Assembly (NCBI GenBank): GCA_013239625.1
Contig: MU054026.1
Location: forward strand, 310,001-374,000
DNA from: Lama guanicoe
Taxonomy: Eukaryota
Length of the DNA: 64,000 nt
Reading direction: 5' to 3'
How positions within the stretch are numbered: position 1 is the stretch's first letter; every line of letters starts with the position of its first letter. Below are positions 41,466 through 54,475 of this stretch, piece by piece. Under the pieces are notes generated by a model, which saw only the letters and a program-made list of their open reading frames with translations, was not told the DNA's origin and made no database searches. The position numbers and the translations under genes were made by a program.

Positions 41466-43922
41466 TGAATTATTTGGCTGTAGGATGGCAGCAGACAGCT
41501 GTCAGCGGCAGCTGGTTTCATAAACACAAATCAAATCGCACAGCTACAACAAGATTACAAAAGCCAATCATTCATGTAATGCACTTCTGGGCTACAGAAT
41601 TCAATAATTATGCAAGAGATTAAAAACTTTTTGATTAATTGTTCTGCAAAGTGGCACATAGGACCTGAAAAGCAATAGCTTCATCAGCGAATAGTTTCCG
41701 TTTGAAAAATTAAAAAAGAGGGAATCTTACTTTGTAAGTGGGGTAAGAAATTGAAGGTTAAGGATATGTTTGTTACTCGAGTGTATATATAATGTGTTGA
41801 AATTATATATGTGACCCTAACATAAGTGGGCTTACGAAAGACTTCATAAATGTTCATTTATTTATATAATATATGCAAGAATTCAGAAAACTGAGTTATT
41901 TCTAGGCTGAGTGATAACAGGTATGCAGTTATGAATTTGCTCGTCTGCTCGTTATCAAAAGAAAGTAGTTGTATATTTGATTTGTAGCTACTTGAAAGAT
42001 AATCTGCCTTAAATGCTTATTGAAGGGTCTTTATTTAATTGTGTACATAGTTCAAAACCACATAAACCAGGTACCTTTTGTTATCGTGGAAGTACTAAGG
42101 CAGCTGCTTCCGAGGACAGACTTTTGATATGTGGCATAAAAGAATAGTATTTCTTCTAGCCTATAGCTAAGCTGTATGCAGTGTATCTGTTCTTTAGAAG
42201 CAGCACGTTTAAATTACATTTACACATTAGTGTTATTTGTTAAAGTTGTCACAAGTGGTTTTTTAAAATATAAGTATTTTTGTAACTATAAACTACTACT
42301 TGAAAGATGCTTTCATAGTGGGGGTTTGTATAGTTAATTTGTGATCACTTTTCTGGTACTTTTCAAGTTAATGTGTCTTTTACCCTTTAGCTTGTCCCCC
42401 ATTCTAAAGTAAAAGGTTAGGAATAGTTGTTTCAGCTTTTTATTTTATAAATTGTACTCTCTGGGAGAAAAAAGAAGATAGGAAGATAAGGTTATTTAAC
42501 ATCATTTGTTAATTAGAAAAACTGCATTAGAAAGGGAAATGTAGGTGAGTGAAATTATTTTGTTATCAATACATTTGAGTAAAATTGCATTTTACGTTTT
42601 TATTGTATGTAGTTTCATTGAAAGCATTATTTCCTGCCCATTTGGAGTTTATATTGCAAAAACATGTTAATAGAGATGGTACTTTGAAACATTGGAGATG
42701 TGAAGGATCTTTTGAAAGACAGCTTTGATAGCAGATGAAATAATAGCAGAATAGAAATTAGAAGAATTTCAAGTATTTTTGAAAAGGTTCTTGACCCTTT
42801 TCTACTGCTTCTTGAAAATTGCCCATAAATTAATGCCTGTCTACCTCCCCTGTCATATTTCCACTTAGTGTAAAGATTGCTGGGCCGGTGTATTGAATCT
42901 AATGGAAATAGACTTTCTTGTCACCTGTCTTTTGTGACAGATAGCCTTAGTGAAGATTACTTGTCACAGCTGGGCTGATAAATGTGTACTCTGGGGTGGT
43001 GACTGAGAACCGGCCTGTTAAACAACTTCTGTGGGAATTTGTGGTTTTCTCTAAGACTCAATTACTGAACCTAAAGTCACAGTACTTCGCCTCTTTCAGT
43101 CTTCCCTGATTTTGTTGCACATATCTAAATTTGAAAATACACTAACATTTGGAAATTGACAGAAAAACTTGATACTAGGTGTGCAGTTGTGAGGAAATGA
43201 ATTTCAACCTTAATTCGTTTAGCCTTTTCCAGGATGTATGTGGTGACATTTATTATGCTAAATTACTTTTCTTGCCTGCATTGGATAAAAATCAAAGTAA
43301 CCATTCTTCAGAAATGGTAATACCAACAAAATAAGGCAACTTTGTTTCTTAGGAATTGATGGATTGATTCCTATCATTCAGGTTTGTATTGTGTTGAGTA
43401 AGGCTCCCCTGAGAAGCAGTGCCACTGAGTTTCTAGCCGGGTGTAAATTTGAGTAATGTTAACTCTGCGTTTAAAATTCTACTTTTCTGAGTGGAACTCA
43501 GTTGTAATAATTTGAAAAATTACTAAAATCCACTTAGTTTTTGCAAACAATGCACACATCCATTGTGCCGTATTTTAATTGTACTCTGTGGTTTCTTGTT
43601 CTAAGTTTGAAAAGTAGGACATATTATTTTGATTCAGTTATTATAAACAAAGTTTAAAAAAAAATCCTGACATAAGCAAACTACTAATTTCCAGACCTCA
43701 TATCTCTAAAAACTATAATACAGATTTTTTTATTGTTCAGTTTTGTTTTCAGAACATTTCCTCAGTAACAAAAGGTAAAAAATGGATATGTATTTTAAAA
43801 TATAGTTGAAAGAAGATAATTTTTTAAAAGGAGAAATGATGTTCATCAAGTAGAATGAAAATGCATTTGAGTGCACATTCTCCTGTCTTATTTCTTACCA
43901 TTTGGTTTCATTCATTTTTTAA

Positions 43923-44036
<114 letters not shown>

Positions 44037-44474
44037 TAGGAAAGTGCTTTTCTCCAGTTACTATGACTTAGATCCACAACATACAGTTTCTTTTTTTAAA
44101 TATATATATATATATATCTGTAACTACCTTGGTTATTTAAAAATGATTCATAAATTCACTTCAGCTGTATGGAATCAGGGTCATATGGAATCTTTACAAG
44201 AAGTACTCACACCTGAAAATAAGGCCAGGCTAGTGTAGTGATAGGGAGCCATTTTATCTGAATTTTTGAAAGAGCTGTAGAATGCAGTCTTGAAGTCAAG
44301 ACTTGGGGAAACAGGTATTTGAAAAATTTGTTATCATGTGGAAGGAAAATGTATTTATATAAGGACGTAACGCTAGAATCAATGGATGAAAATTTTAGGG
44401 AAACTAATTTTGTTGAAAAATAGGGAAGATTATTGTAGCTGCCTAGAACTATTCAGTTTGGATCATGATGTCTT

Positions 44475-44536
44475 TTTTTTTTAACATTTTTTATTGATTT
44501 ATAATCATTTTACAATGTTGTGTCAAATTCTAGTTA
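44475..44536 (-). mobile_element. Extremely 5'-truncated young L1 insertion
   Basis: Poly-T plus about 50 nt of L1 3' end. Perfect 14-bp TSD GATCATGATGTCTT at 44461-44474 and 44537-44550. Confidence 0.85.
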
Positions 44537-45349
44537 GATCATGATGTCTTAAATGATTTTGAGATACCTACCTATTGAAATTTTGAGATGGTAACTCTCT
44601 CGGGATGATAAAGAAGAATTACTGCTTTGCAGCAGTGGTTTAATTAGATGGCTTTACATTTAGAAAGTTCCAGGCAAGAGATCCTGTTAGCAGCACAGTA
44701 GATACCGTGATATTCACACTTAAAGCTCACTTACATTGTTCTAAGCCATTTTATTCTTGTTTTGTACATTGCTAAATTTGATTAGTTACCTTTCTAATCG
44801 GAACAAAGTACATTAAAAATAGCGCATTGGAAGATAAAAACGTGGTAACTGAGATGATACAGGTCATTTAGAGCAAGAAGTAATGGCTGATGGCCTAACA
44901 TCAAAGTAAGAAATAAGTGAAAAAAAGAATAAAAAGGAAAAAAAGATCACTTGGGAATCTTTTAGAAACAGACACATAATTACCTTCATAGTTGCTGTGC
45001 ATAACGTAATAAAATGGAGTTAACAGATCTAAAATTGAAAATGAATTTTCATTATAAAATCAAAATATGTTTTGCCTTCTGGGTATTTGAAATACGCAAA
45101 TGAATGTACTCTGTGGTTACCTTCAAAATTGTCGAGGGTATGCAAGTTTTGTCATGCTAACACCATGTTACCTTCATGTACCTCCCACCAAAATGTCAGG
45201 TAAACGAGACATCTGTATATTTAGTGTATTTCTTTTTTCTTTAAAAAAATGTTCCCCAACAATGATAGGTTTAACATTACGGATACTGTGGGAAAAAAAA
45301 ACCAAAAATGAGAAAAGATCTAGGGCATCTGTTACAAATTTTTAGTTTT

Positions 45350-45666
45350 CTATTTATTTATTTATTTATTTTTTATTTCTTACTGAAGTAGAGTTGATTC
45401 ACAATGTTAGATTCTGGTGTACAGCATAGTGATTCACTTATACATATGTATGTGTATTCTTGTTCATTTTAAGTTATTACAAGTTAGTGAATATAGTTCC
45501 CTGTGCTGTGCAGTAGGACCTTGCTTATCTGTTCTGTATATAGCAGTTTGTATCTGCTAATCCCAAACTCCCAGTTTATTCCACCCTCCTTTCCTCATTG
45601 GTAACCATAAGTTTGTTTTCTGTGTCTGTGAGTCCCTGCCTTGTAAATAAGTTCATTTGTGTCAAA
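45350..45666 (-). mobile_element. 5'-truncated L1 3' end
   Basis: (TTTA)n tail plus L1 3' UTR. TSD AAATTT(T/C)TAGTTTT at 45336-45349 and 45667-45680. Confidence 0.85.
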
Positions 45667-45859
45667 AAATTTCTAGTTTTAAATGCAAGCAAGCATAAGA
45701 CGAAAGATTAAGAAAAACAAAAAAGCAAGCTACCCTCTCACCCCTGTGCTCAATAATTCACTTCAGTTTGTAGCTGTTAATATTAACTAAATAGAGGAAT
45801 ACATTTTAACAGAGAAACATTGAGTGCCACTAAGCTGGTATAGCACTGTATCAGTCAGT

Positions 45860-46440
45860 AAAACAGACTGTAATTATAAGTGTGGTGCTAGCACACATAC
45901 ATACACAAATAGACTAGGAGAGCCAACCAGGAAGCCCAGAAATAGATCCAGGTAAGTATGGAAGCTGATAAAGGTGGCATTTCATCACTGGAGCCTAGTG
46001 CGGGGAAACTGATCAGCCATTTGGAAGAAGATAAAGTTAAATCACATCCATTACTCATGCCATACATAAGAAAAAACTCTAAATGAATCAAGGATTTAAA
46101 TGTTATAAAATGAAACATTGCTAGTAATTTACTCTGAGTCTAAGGAAAGACATTCTAATGCTGACTCAAAATCCAGAGGCGCTAAATGATTGATAAACTT
46201 GACTACGTTAAAAAACATTGCATGGCAAAAACACCGAGACAAAGTCAAAAGACAATTAACAGCTTGGAAGAAACTGTTTGTGACGTACATCATAGACAAA
46301 GGACCAACTGTCTAATATGTAAACAACTCTTAGAAACTGAAGAACAAAGGACCAGAAAGCCAATTGAAGATTAGGGGAAAACAAAATAAAACAAACATGG
46401 ACAATTCACACATGCAAAAATGAATAAAATAAAGTCTCTT
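45860..46440 (+). mobile_element. Old degenerate L1 ORF2 fragment
   Basis: GCCCAGAAATAGATCC...GATAAAGGTGGCATTTC...AACTCTAAATGAATCAAGGATTTAAATGT, typical of L1M ORF2. Confidence 0.75.
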
Positions 46441-46910
46441 AAGAAAAGGTGGTTAGTTCAAAACTGATTTTGGCTGTAAGTAAAACAGTCATTGCCAGAT
46501 ATATAGATTCAAATATTATGATCATTGTCCCTGCCCCCAGTTACTAGTGGCAGTTAAACTCTAAGGGGATGATACAGTGATGTCACAAGTTCTCTGGGAG
46601 CTCATAGAAAGAGAATGCTTTAGTCTGGGTTGTCAGGGGAGATTTTAGACTCAAGGTGATATTTGAATGAGTAGGTGATGTGAAAACAATGAATACAAGG
46701 CGAATTAAAACAAGAAGCAGGGCTAGCTTGTGCATAGTGCACTTGTGAAGCAGAAGGCATGCTTAGTTGACCTGTCTCCACGTGGTGATCTATTTTTATA
46801 AGATACATAGGAGACTAAAGCTGTAACAAGAATAAAATGTTAAGTATTATAAAACGACCTTAAGTATGTAGCTATTTACTTTTCTATTTCTGAGCGGCTA
46901 CTGAAACTGA

Positions 46911-47075
<165 letters not shown>

Positions 47076-47715
47076 TAAAATATGAATATAAAAATAATTA
47101 AGTGAGTATTTTGGTTGCAACTGATGTGAGAGCACGTCACTTGAAAGTGATTCAGATGCACGTTTTTTTCCAGGTTAATGAGCCCCACGTGATTTCAACA
47201 ATGTCGCATTTCTGTAGTTTTTTTTAATCATTTGGGGGCTTTCAGTAAATATATGAGCTCTGGAGACAGAGCTACAGATAGCATATGCTTTCTGGATCTC
47301 GTGTCCTTAGAAACTGGCCCTAAGGTACATTGCCTGAGAGGCCTTGTTGTATGTATTAAACTTGACAAGAGAAATGTTTATTATTATCTTTTCCCGTTTT
47401 TTGGGAGTGGGGTTGAGGGAGATGCTTTGTTATTTTAGTTTGTTGTGTTTTGGGTTGAAGTAAATTACCTGTAATTACGTACTTTTTTTAATATGGAGTG
47501 TGACTTCTTTATCTTTTTCTCCCTGTGACACTCTGATAATATCCTTTTTGAACTGATTACAGCAAATTTAAATCTTACTTGTCTGCATGTACGTTCTCCT
47601 TGCTTCTATAATACTTCAGTTATAGATATATTCAAATAAATGAAAAATTTTAAATAAATGAAAGTGAAAAGATGTTTTTTGATCAAAGTACTTCATTTTG
47701 TTTTCTTTGTTGTAG

Positions 47716-47877
<162 letters not shown>

Positions 47878-48521
47878 TAAAACTGCCATGGAAATAACGT
47901 ATTTATTTTCAAATTTAAAAAAAAGGTATAGATATCTGTCTGTTACTCCATTTTAAAAAAATTTCGAAGGTGTACAGAAAAAGACATGTGTGCTAGCTTG
48001 TTGATACATAAACAATTTCTGAAGGTTAAGGCAACAGACTTGGGTTCTGTTTCTGGCACTGAACTTACTCTTACTGCGTAAGGGGAGGCAAATTGCTTTG
48101 GAAGCTTTGTTTCCTCATGTTTCTAACGATGACAGTCTTCCTTCACAGGTGGAAAAATAAAACGGGTGACTAACCTGGCAGAGTACTTGGTGCATAGTGG
48201 GTGCAGAGTAAATGTGAATTCATGTTAATCTTCATTCTTCTCACCTCTTTGAGCCTGGGGGGATTAGCAAAAGATTTACGTTATTAAAAGAAATGTAGAA
48301 TTCTGGAGGAAATGTGGCTTGAGAGAGAGTGCGTGAAATGTAATTTGAAATGTTAATTGAGTTGGTGGAGTCCAGCTTGGTGTGCAGGAGAGAGGCGAGG
48401 TCAGAACTAGACATTTGCATTCCATAATGAATATGGAGTAGAGAACGTTTCTAGGGGAGAGAATTGTGATGAAGTACTTGGCATTAGACTTGAGTCTGGA
48501 GACTTACTGTTTATTTGGGCT

Positions 48522-49043
48522 TTTTTAATTGAAGTATAGTCAGTTTACAATGTTGTGTCAATTTCTGGTTTACAGCATGTTTCAGTCATACATATACATA
48601 TATTTGTTTCATATTCTTTTTCACCATGAGCTACTGCAAGATATTGAATATAGTTCCCTGTGCTATACAGTATAAACTTGTTTATCTTTTATATACACCA
48701 GTCAGTATGTGCACATCTCGAACTCCCAGTTTATCCCTTCCCACCCCGTTCTCACCCTGGTAACCATAAGTTTGTTTTCTATGTCTGTGAGTCTGTTTCT
48801 GTTTTATATATAAGCTCATTTGTCTTTTTTTTTTTTTCTAAGATTCCACATATAAGTAGTATCATATATTTTTCTTTCTCTTTCTGGCTTACTTCACTTA
48901 GAATGACATTCTCCAGGGCCATCCGTGTTTCTGCAAATGGCATTATTTTATTAGTTTTTATGGCTGAGTGGTATCCCATTGTATAAATATACCACAACTT
49001 CTTTATCCAGTCATCTGTCGATGGACATTTAGGCTGTTTCCAT
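48522..49043 (-). mobile_element. Lineage-specific L1 3' end
   Basis: Minus-strand ORF 48779-48997 (MWYIYTMGYHSAIKTNKIMPFAETRMALENVILSEVSQKEK) is the L1 ORF2p C-terminus. TGGAGACTTA occurs on both sides (about 48497 and 49044). Confidence 0.92.
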
Positions 49044-51450
49044 TGGAGACTTAGTTTTGAGTCTTACTATTTATTACTGTTTATTGTCATGAAGAAGCTT
49101 TTTGACTGCTTCAGTTTCCTCATATTTAATATGAGTCAATTAAATGATAGTGAACTTTGTCTTTTCTAGTTCATAAGGTAGTCAATAAATTCTTAGAACA
49201 TGGGTTCCAGGACTAACTGTCAAGGTAGAATAATAATAATCAGCATCCATTAAACAACCACTGTGTGCCAGGGATCTTTGCAATCCCGCAACTGCCCCAC
49301 AAGGTAGATACTGTTCGTCCTGTTCCCCCGGTGGGGAAACTTGAGTCTTAGGAAGATTGAGAAACTTGTGCAGAATCAAAGCTTATAAATGCTGCCTCTT
49401 GATAGGCTCACATTTATGAGTTAGAACAGAAGGTAGTTATGAAGTCATAGAAAAGAGGATTATAGAGGAAATATTTGCAGCATCATTCGTACCTTAGCAG
49501 GAGTTCTGAAATGCATTGCAGGCAAACGGAGCTGCATCAGGAAAATTAACATCCATCAGAAACCTATTATATAATTACGCGAGAATGAATGAGTGTGTTT
49601 CCAATCTCATGAGACCGTAAACTTTGTTACCTTGTTTTTCTGAAACAGTTATATTTCCTTTAGTTTGTAAAAGTTAGGATAAAAGTCCAGTTGCAGCTCG
49701 TTGTAACTGTTCAGCTTTTCTTCTTTATCCTGTATTGAAGCCTTGGGGAATTCTTTGCGGATGACTCATATTCATTCTCTTTTATATCTACAACAAAACA
49801 TGGAGGAATTTCACATTTTCTGTAGCTTTTGAGTGCTGTTCTCTTCATCACTGCAAAAAAAGGAAATATTCAGCAGCAGAAGCAGAGGTTTGTGACTCTG
49901 TGTTTTAAAAAAGATTGAGTTAGTATCGTGATGCTTTGTTAAATGAAGAGTAACAGAAATTGCATCTTGAATGCAGCACAGTGTTGTCTAAAACAACACA
50001 ACAAGATATTGAGTTCAGCCTGATACAATGTGTAGGTTCAGAAAGCATAGAATAGATTTACAGAGCAGAACTCCCTTAGAGAGAAGGACTTGGAAGAAAA
50101 ATTGTTTGTTTAAACAAGTAGTCACTTCCCACTGAAATTCAGTTACTTCTAGATATGTGCAAAAAAAATAAATAAAATGTTCAAGTGATATAAAGTGTGT
50201 GACAAGTTTCATTTAACTAGTTGATTTCAAGTTTTCAAAAGGTCGATGATGAAACTTCAATTCTCGGGATATATTACAGGATTCTTGCAATCACTGGAGT
50301 AGAGTGAATAATACTTTTTAATGTTTAGAAAACACTTTTCAGTAAACCAAATATGTATGGGTCTGGAAGTGACCAGAGGAATTATTCACATAGCCACATC
50401 TGTATCTTTCTAATAATTTCAAATGGGTTTTGTAGAAAATAAATACTCCTATACCCTTGTCCTTTATTTATAAAAGAAATTCGTTCAAGGTCCATTTCTC
50501 AGGAACTGTGATTTAGGTTATTTGACATCTGAGTCTCAAAGCTGAAAAGATTTCCTAGAGAGAAAGCAGTGCTCAGAAAATAAATTGATGGCAATTGGTT
50601 CTTACAAAGTTATACTTCTCTTTTTTTTTTAATTAAATTTGGCCTTTCCAATTTTTTTTTTTCCTAAATGACCTGTCTTAAGTATTTTAGATAAAAGCCT
50701 TCTAGTCTAAACTTGATGTTGGCACCTGAAAAGTTCACAGTAATAACTTCATCTAACAAAATCAGTTAAATTTATGTAGTATTTTAGCGTTTGTGGTCCA
50801 TAGCATGTAGGAAGTGACTCATTTTTGTGGAACCCAAAGAGTGAATATTCTTACTTACTAAATCCAGCTTTTAATATGTGTAGATGGTCTTTCTTGGATA
50901 AAAGTGTTAATTAAAAAAACGTTATTTTAACTTAATGCCTTTCAACTATGCTTCAGGAACGAACACAGTAGGAAGAATCATCTATGGTGAAGGTAACAGT
51001 GATGCACACTGAATGCTCTTATGAGGCTGCTTCTGAGACAGGGACGTCAGGACAATTAGCATACTTGTGTCTCCTGGCAAGAAGTTGATGGCAAGCCAAA
51101 GCAGAAATGAATTCAGTTCAGCAAACACTTGCTATCAACTCTTAGTCTAGCATTATTTAAGGTTCTGGGCTTCAAGGTATGATGTCCCTGTCTTCGTATA
51201 AATTAAAATTGTTTTAGGGAAAAGATAATTATACACAACCAAAATGGAGACGCGTAGGATAGTAACTGATTAAGCGTCACAGGTAATGACTGTCATAGAC
51301 ATGTGGAAGGGGACAAGTTCAGTGTGCTGTGATACGAAGGTTTTACAGAGCTAAGATGGGTCTTGAAGTTTGAACAAAACTTTGATGGTCGTTTTTATTT
51401 GATGATCATTTTTCATGGGAAAGAAAAATGTGACCAAGGCAGAGTGCTAC

Positions 51451-51963
51451 TGTTACAGAGAGTAGGTTCGTGTCTCACTGCAGAAAGAATTGAGAGACAA
51501 GATGCAGAGGCCAAGAAGGCAAAGCAAGAACTTATTAGGAGGCTAAATTCTCAGGAGGGTGAGCAGGCAGACTCAGGTGAGCAGCTGCCCCGAGTTTCTT
51601 TGGCAGGCTGGTTATATCGGGTGTAAAATGACTGGGTGGAATATTCATTGAGGAGGGAGGGATTTGGGTCATATTTCCTGATTTTCATCCCAGCTCTGCC
51701 TTCGTAAGGGGAGGAGGGCTTTTTTGTCCTTATTTGATCTTGATTGGAAATGTGGCGTGGTGCAAGAGGAATATTTCTTATTTGCAAGACTAGTTTCATT
51801 GTAATGAGGGCATAACGAGAAAAAGGTTCCTTTTGGACCCTGGAGATTCCTGCCTTTCTTTTGCCCTCTAGGCCCCCTGTCATTTCAAGATAAGTGATTT
51901 CCTGCCACATGGCCCATGCCCCCCCTTTCTCTGCTGATACCTTGCTAACTGCCTGCTTTAACA
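51451..51963. mobile_element. Solo LTR (ERV1-like) in intron 9
   Basis: TGTTA...TAACA inverted termini, near-perfect 4-bp TSD CTAC/CTAG. Confidence 0.8.
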
Positions 51964-52234
51964 CTAGCTCAGAAGACTGAAAAGTCTGAATGAATGTTCT
52001 TTAAATAGAAAAGATGGAGCCAGATTGTAATGAGCCTTGAATTCTGTGCTTCTGAGTTGGGTATCACTGGCAGCAGGAAACCCCTAAAGCAACAGAATGT
52101 GTCTTAACAAGCGATGCTATTAAGGACGATGAACTAAGTTGATTGGAGCAGAGCTGAGAATAAAAAAAGACATAATTAGCATCTGAAATGGGAAGCAGTT
52201 TCATGAGACTCACTCCTAAGCTTCGGCAATGTGC

Positions 52235-52370
52235 ACTGAGTGTCAGAATTCAGTTAAATTATAGGATACCCAGTTAATGTCTGTGGAGAATTAGGGAATT
52301 GTTTCGTGTGGAAACCCCACACATTTGGTGTCGAAGTATCTTGAGTAGAGGAGCAGGTTTTCTTTTAGCA
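52235..52370 (+). mobile_element. MER21-like LTR 3' fragment
   Basis: GGATACCCAGTT...GGAGAATT...AAACCCCACACATTTGGTGTC pattern. Confidence 0.6.
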
Positions 52371-54196
52371 ACAAAGTAGAAATTTCCAATCATTAACTTG
52401 GTAGAAGCTAAAATTAGAAATGTGTGATCAGTACAGTGTTTTCAGCTCTGAAGTGTGGTCATGATTCTAAAAGTGGGTGATAACAGGTGATTCTGAGATC
52501 AGAAAGGAGGTTCAGAAAGTATTTATTGCTGTTAATATAGGATAAATTATACAATTTAATTATTATGTAATATGTTCAGTAATGTTAACATTTGATACTG
52601 ATTCAACAACAAAAATAGCAATGATAATATCAGATAATAAAATAATTAACATTCATCAAGTATTTATTACATATATACTGTTTTAAACATTTGCATTCAT
52701 TATTCATCTTTACCACAGCCTTACTCCTTAAAAGTTAAATAATGTGCTTCTTGTAACTCAGTAATAATGGATGAAGCTAGAAATTAGGATTTGAACCCAA
52801 ACACACTGCCTCGAAATCCTGCACCGTCCAGTTACCTGTGGGAGCTCTAGGGATAAAATTGCATTTGAATCCTTTACCTTCATTTTACGCAGATCAGTGA
52901 AACATCTTTAAAGGATCTGAGATGAAGTTTCATCATTACTACTGCTGTCTTCAGATTCTTGACACTTCCTTTCTCATTATTCTTGTTTCTTCCTTCATTT
53001 TACTCCCACCTTGTTTACATTCATAACATTTAGCACTATCGAGCTGTGAAACCTTTGTCCAGGGCCTTCAGTTCCGTGGCAGCGGCGTGCTCCATGAATC
53101 TTCTAACAAATCTCTAAGTCTGATTATCCGGGAGTTGGTTTGTTTCAGTTATTGAATTGACGACGTGGGCATGCCGCAGGATTTGCTTGTATTAAGTACG
53201 TACCTGCACGTTTATATTAAGGCTGCTGATGTACTGTGAAATGGAGAAGCTTTCACTTGAGTTATTTAAGAAGTGGCGCTTTGTTTCTGCATTCAATCTA
53301 GAAAAACATTTTAGAAATGAAAAATAAATGCTTGGAATAAGTTAGGAGGGCAGTCTGTGTTCTTACATGGATAGAGGAAGCACTAAATGATGGGCAGTAC
53401 TAAATGGTACATTTTTTTTTCCTGACTGCTTGAAGAATTTTATTTGTGAATAAAAACATATTACAGTGGAGAAAGGTTGCGGACCTGCCCTCCCAAGGCT
53501 GTGTCTGTATATGCAACTCAACTTCACGTTGTAATACAAAGAGTCAAAGTGAAGTGCAAAAATGAAATTAAAGTCATTGCGTATGTGGTCACCGGAAGAG
53601 AGAAAAGGAAGAACCTGGGGTTAACTGAAGTACAGGGTGAAGGGGGTCTTGACAACAGAGCGATACGTAAGGAAAGTGACTTGCTCGCCAGTAAGCTCGA
53701 AGCAGAGGTCCGTGCCATGCAGCCAGAAGGAGTTTCAAGAGTGGGGTTCGTGGTGGGGGTTCTTCGCTTCTTGGCTTTGGACTCTGATTCACTGACGGTA
53801 TTTTATGTCACATGTTGATGTTATAAAGTGAAGTATTCCTAAGGCATCTCAGAGTTCATGAGTCATACCTCAGTTGTTTTGTTGTCTTGACGCCCGATGT
53901 AGTTTAGATTAAGAAAGGCAAAATGAAAAAAAGCCGAAGAAAATTTTAAAATTCATAATGCTGTGTAGTGGTTTGACCTGAAAAAAATGTGAAGTTACAG
54001 GAAACATGCTTCCCCCGCCCACCCCCATCCTGCATGTTTTGCTAGGATTGTATGCATGACTTTGTATTTATGCAGGGGGTTTGTTGTTAACTTTGTGACT
54101 GCCTTCCGGACCAGGTTGAGCTCTGACTAGGTCACCCTTGACCTCCCCTATCCCAGAACAAGCGATTTCTAATTTTTAAATCTTTTCTGATTTCAG

Positions 54197-54382
54197 GCTT
54201 TGACGAAGTTCTTGAAGTGTGTTAACTGGGATCTACCGCAGGAGGCCAAACAGGCATTGGAGCTGCTGGGAAAGTGGAAGCCAATGGATGTGGAGGACTC
54301 CTTGGAGCTGCTGTCTTCCCATTACACCAATCCCACAGTGAGGCGGTATGCGGTTGCCAGGTTACGACAGGCGGATGATGAG
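54197..54382 (+). CDS. PIK3C3: PIK3C3 coding exon 10 ([62 protein letters not shown])
   Basis: Acceptor tgatttcag|, donor GAG|gtgcag. 186 nt. Confidence 0.98.
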
Positions 54383-54438
54383 GTGCAGTATTTATTCATT
54401 CAGCTAGGTACATTTTAAACTGGAGCCTGATTGTAGAC

Positions 54439-54475
54439 TGTGTGTATGTGTGTGTGTGTGAGAGAGAGAGAGAGA
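54439..54475 (+). repeat. Compound (TG)n(AG)n microsatellite
   Basis: TGTGTGTATGTGTGTGTGTGTGAGAGAGAGAGAGAGA. Confidence 0.95.

Noticed and set aside
54002..54039. AAACATGC...GCATGTTT inverted repeat around a C-rich loop (p53 half-site or G-quadruplex idea)
   Set aside because: Only one good p53 half-site with a long spacer, and the fourth G-run on the minus strand has only two G.
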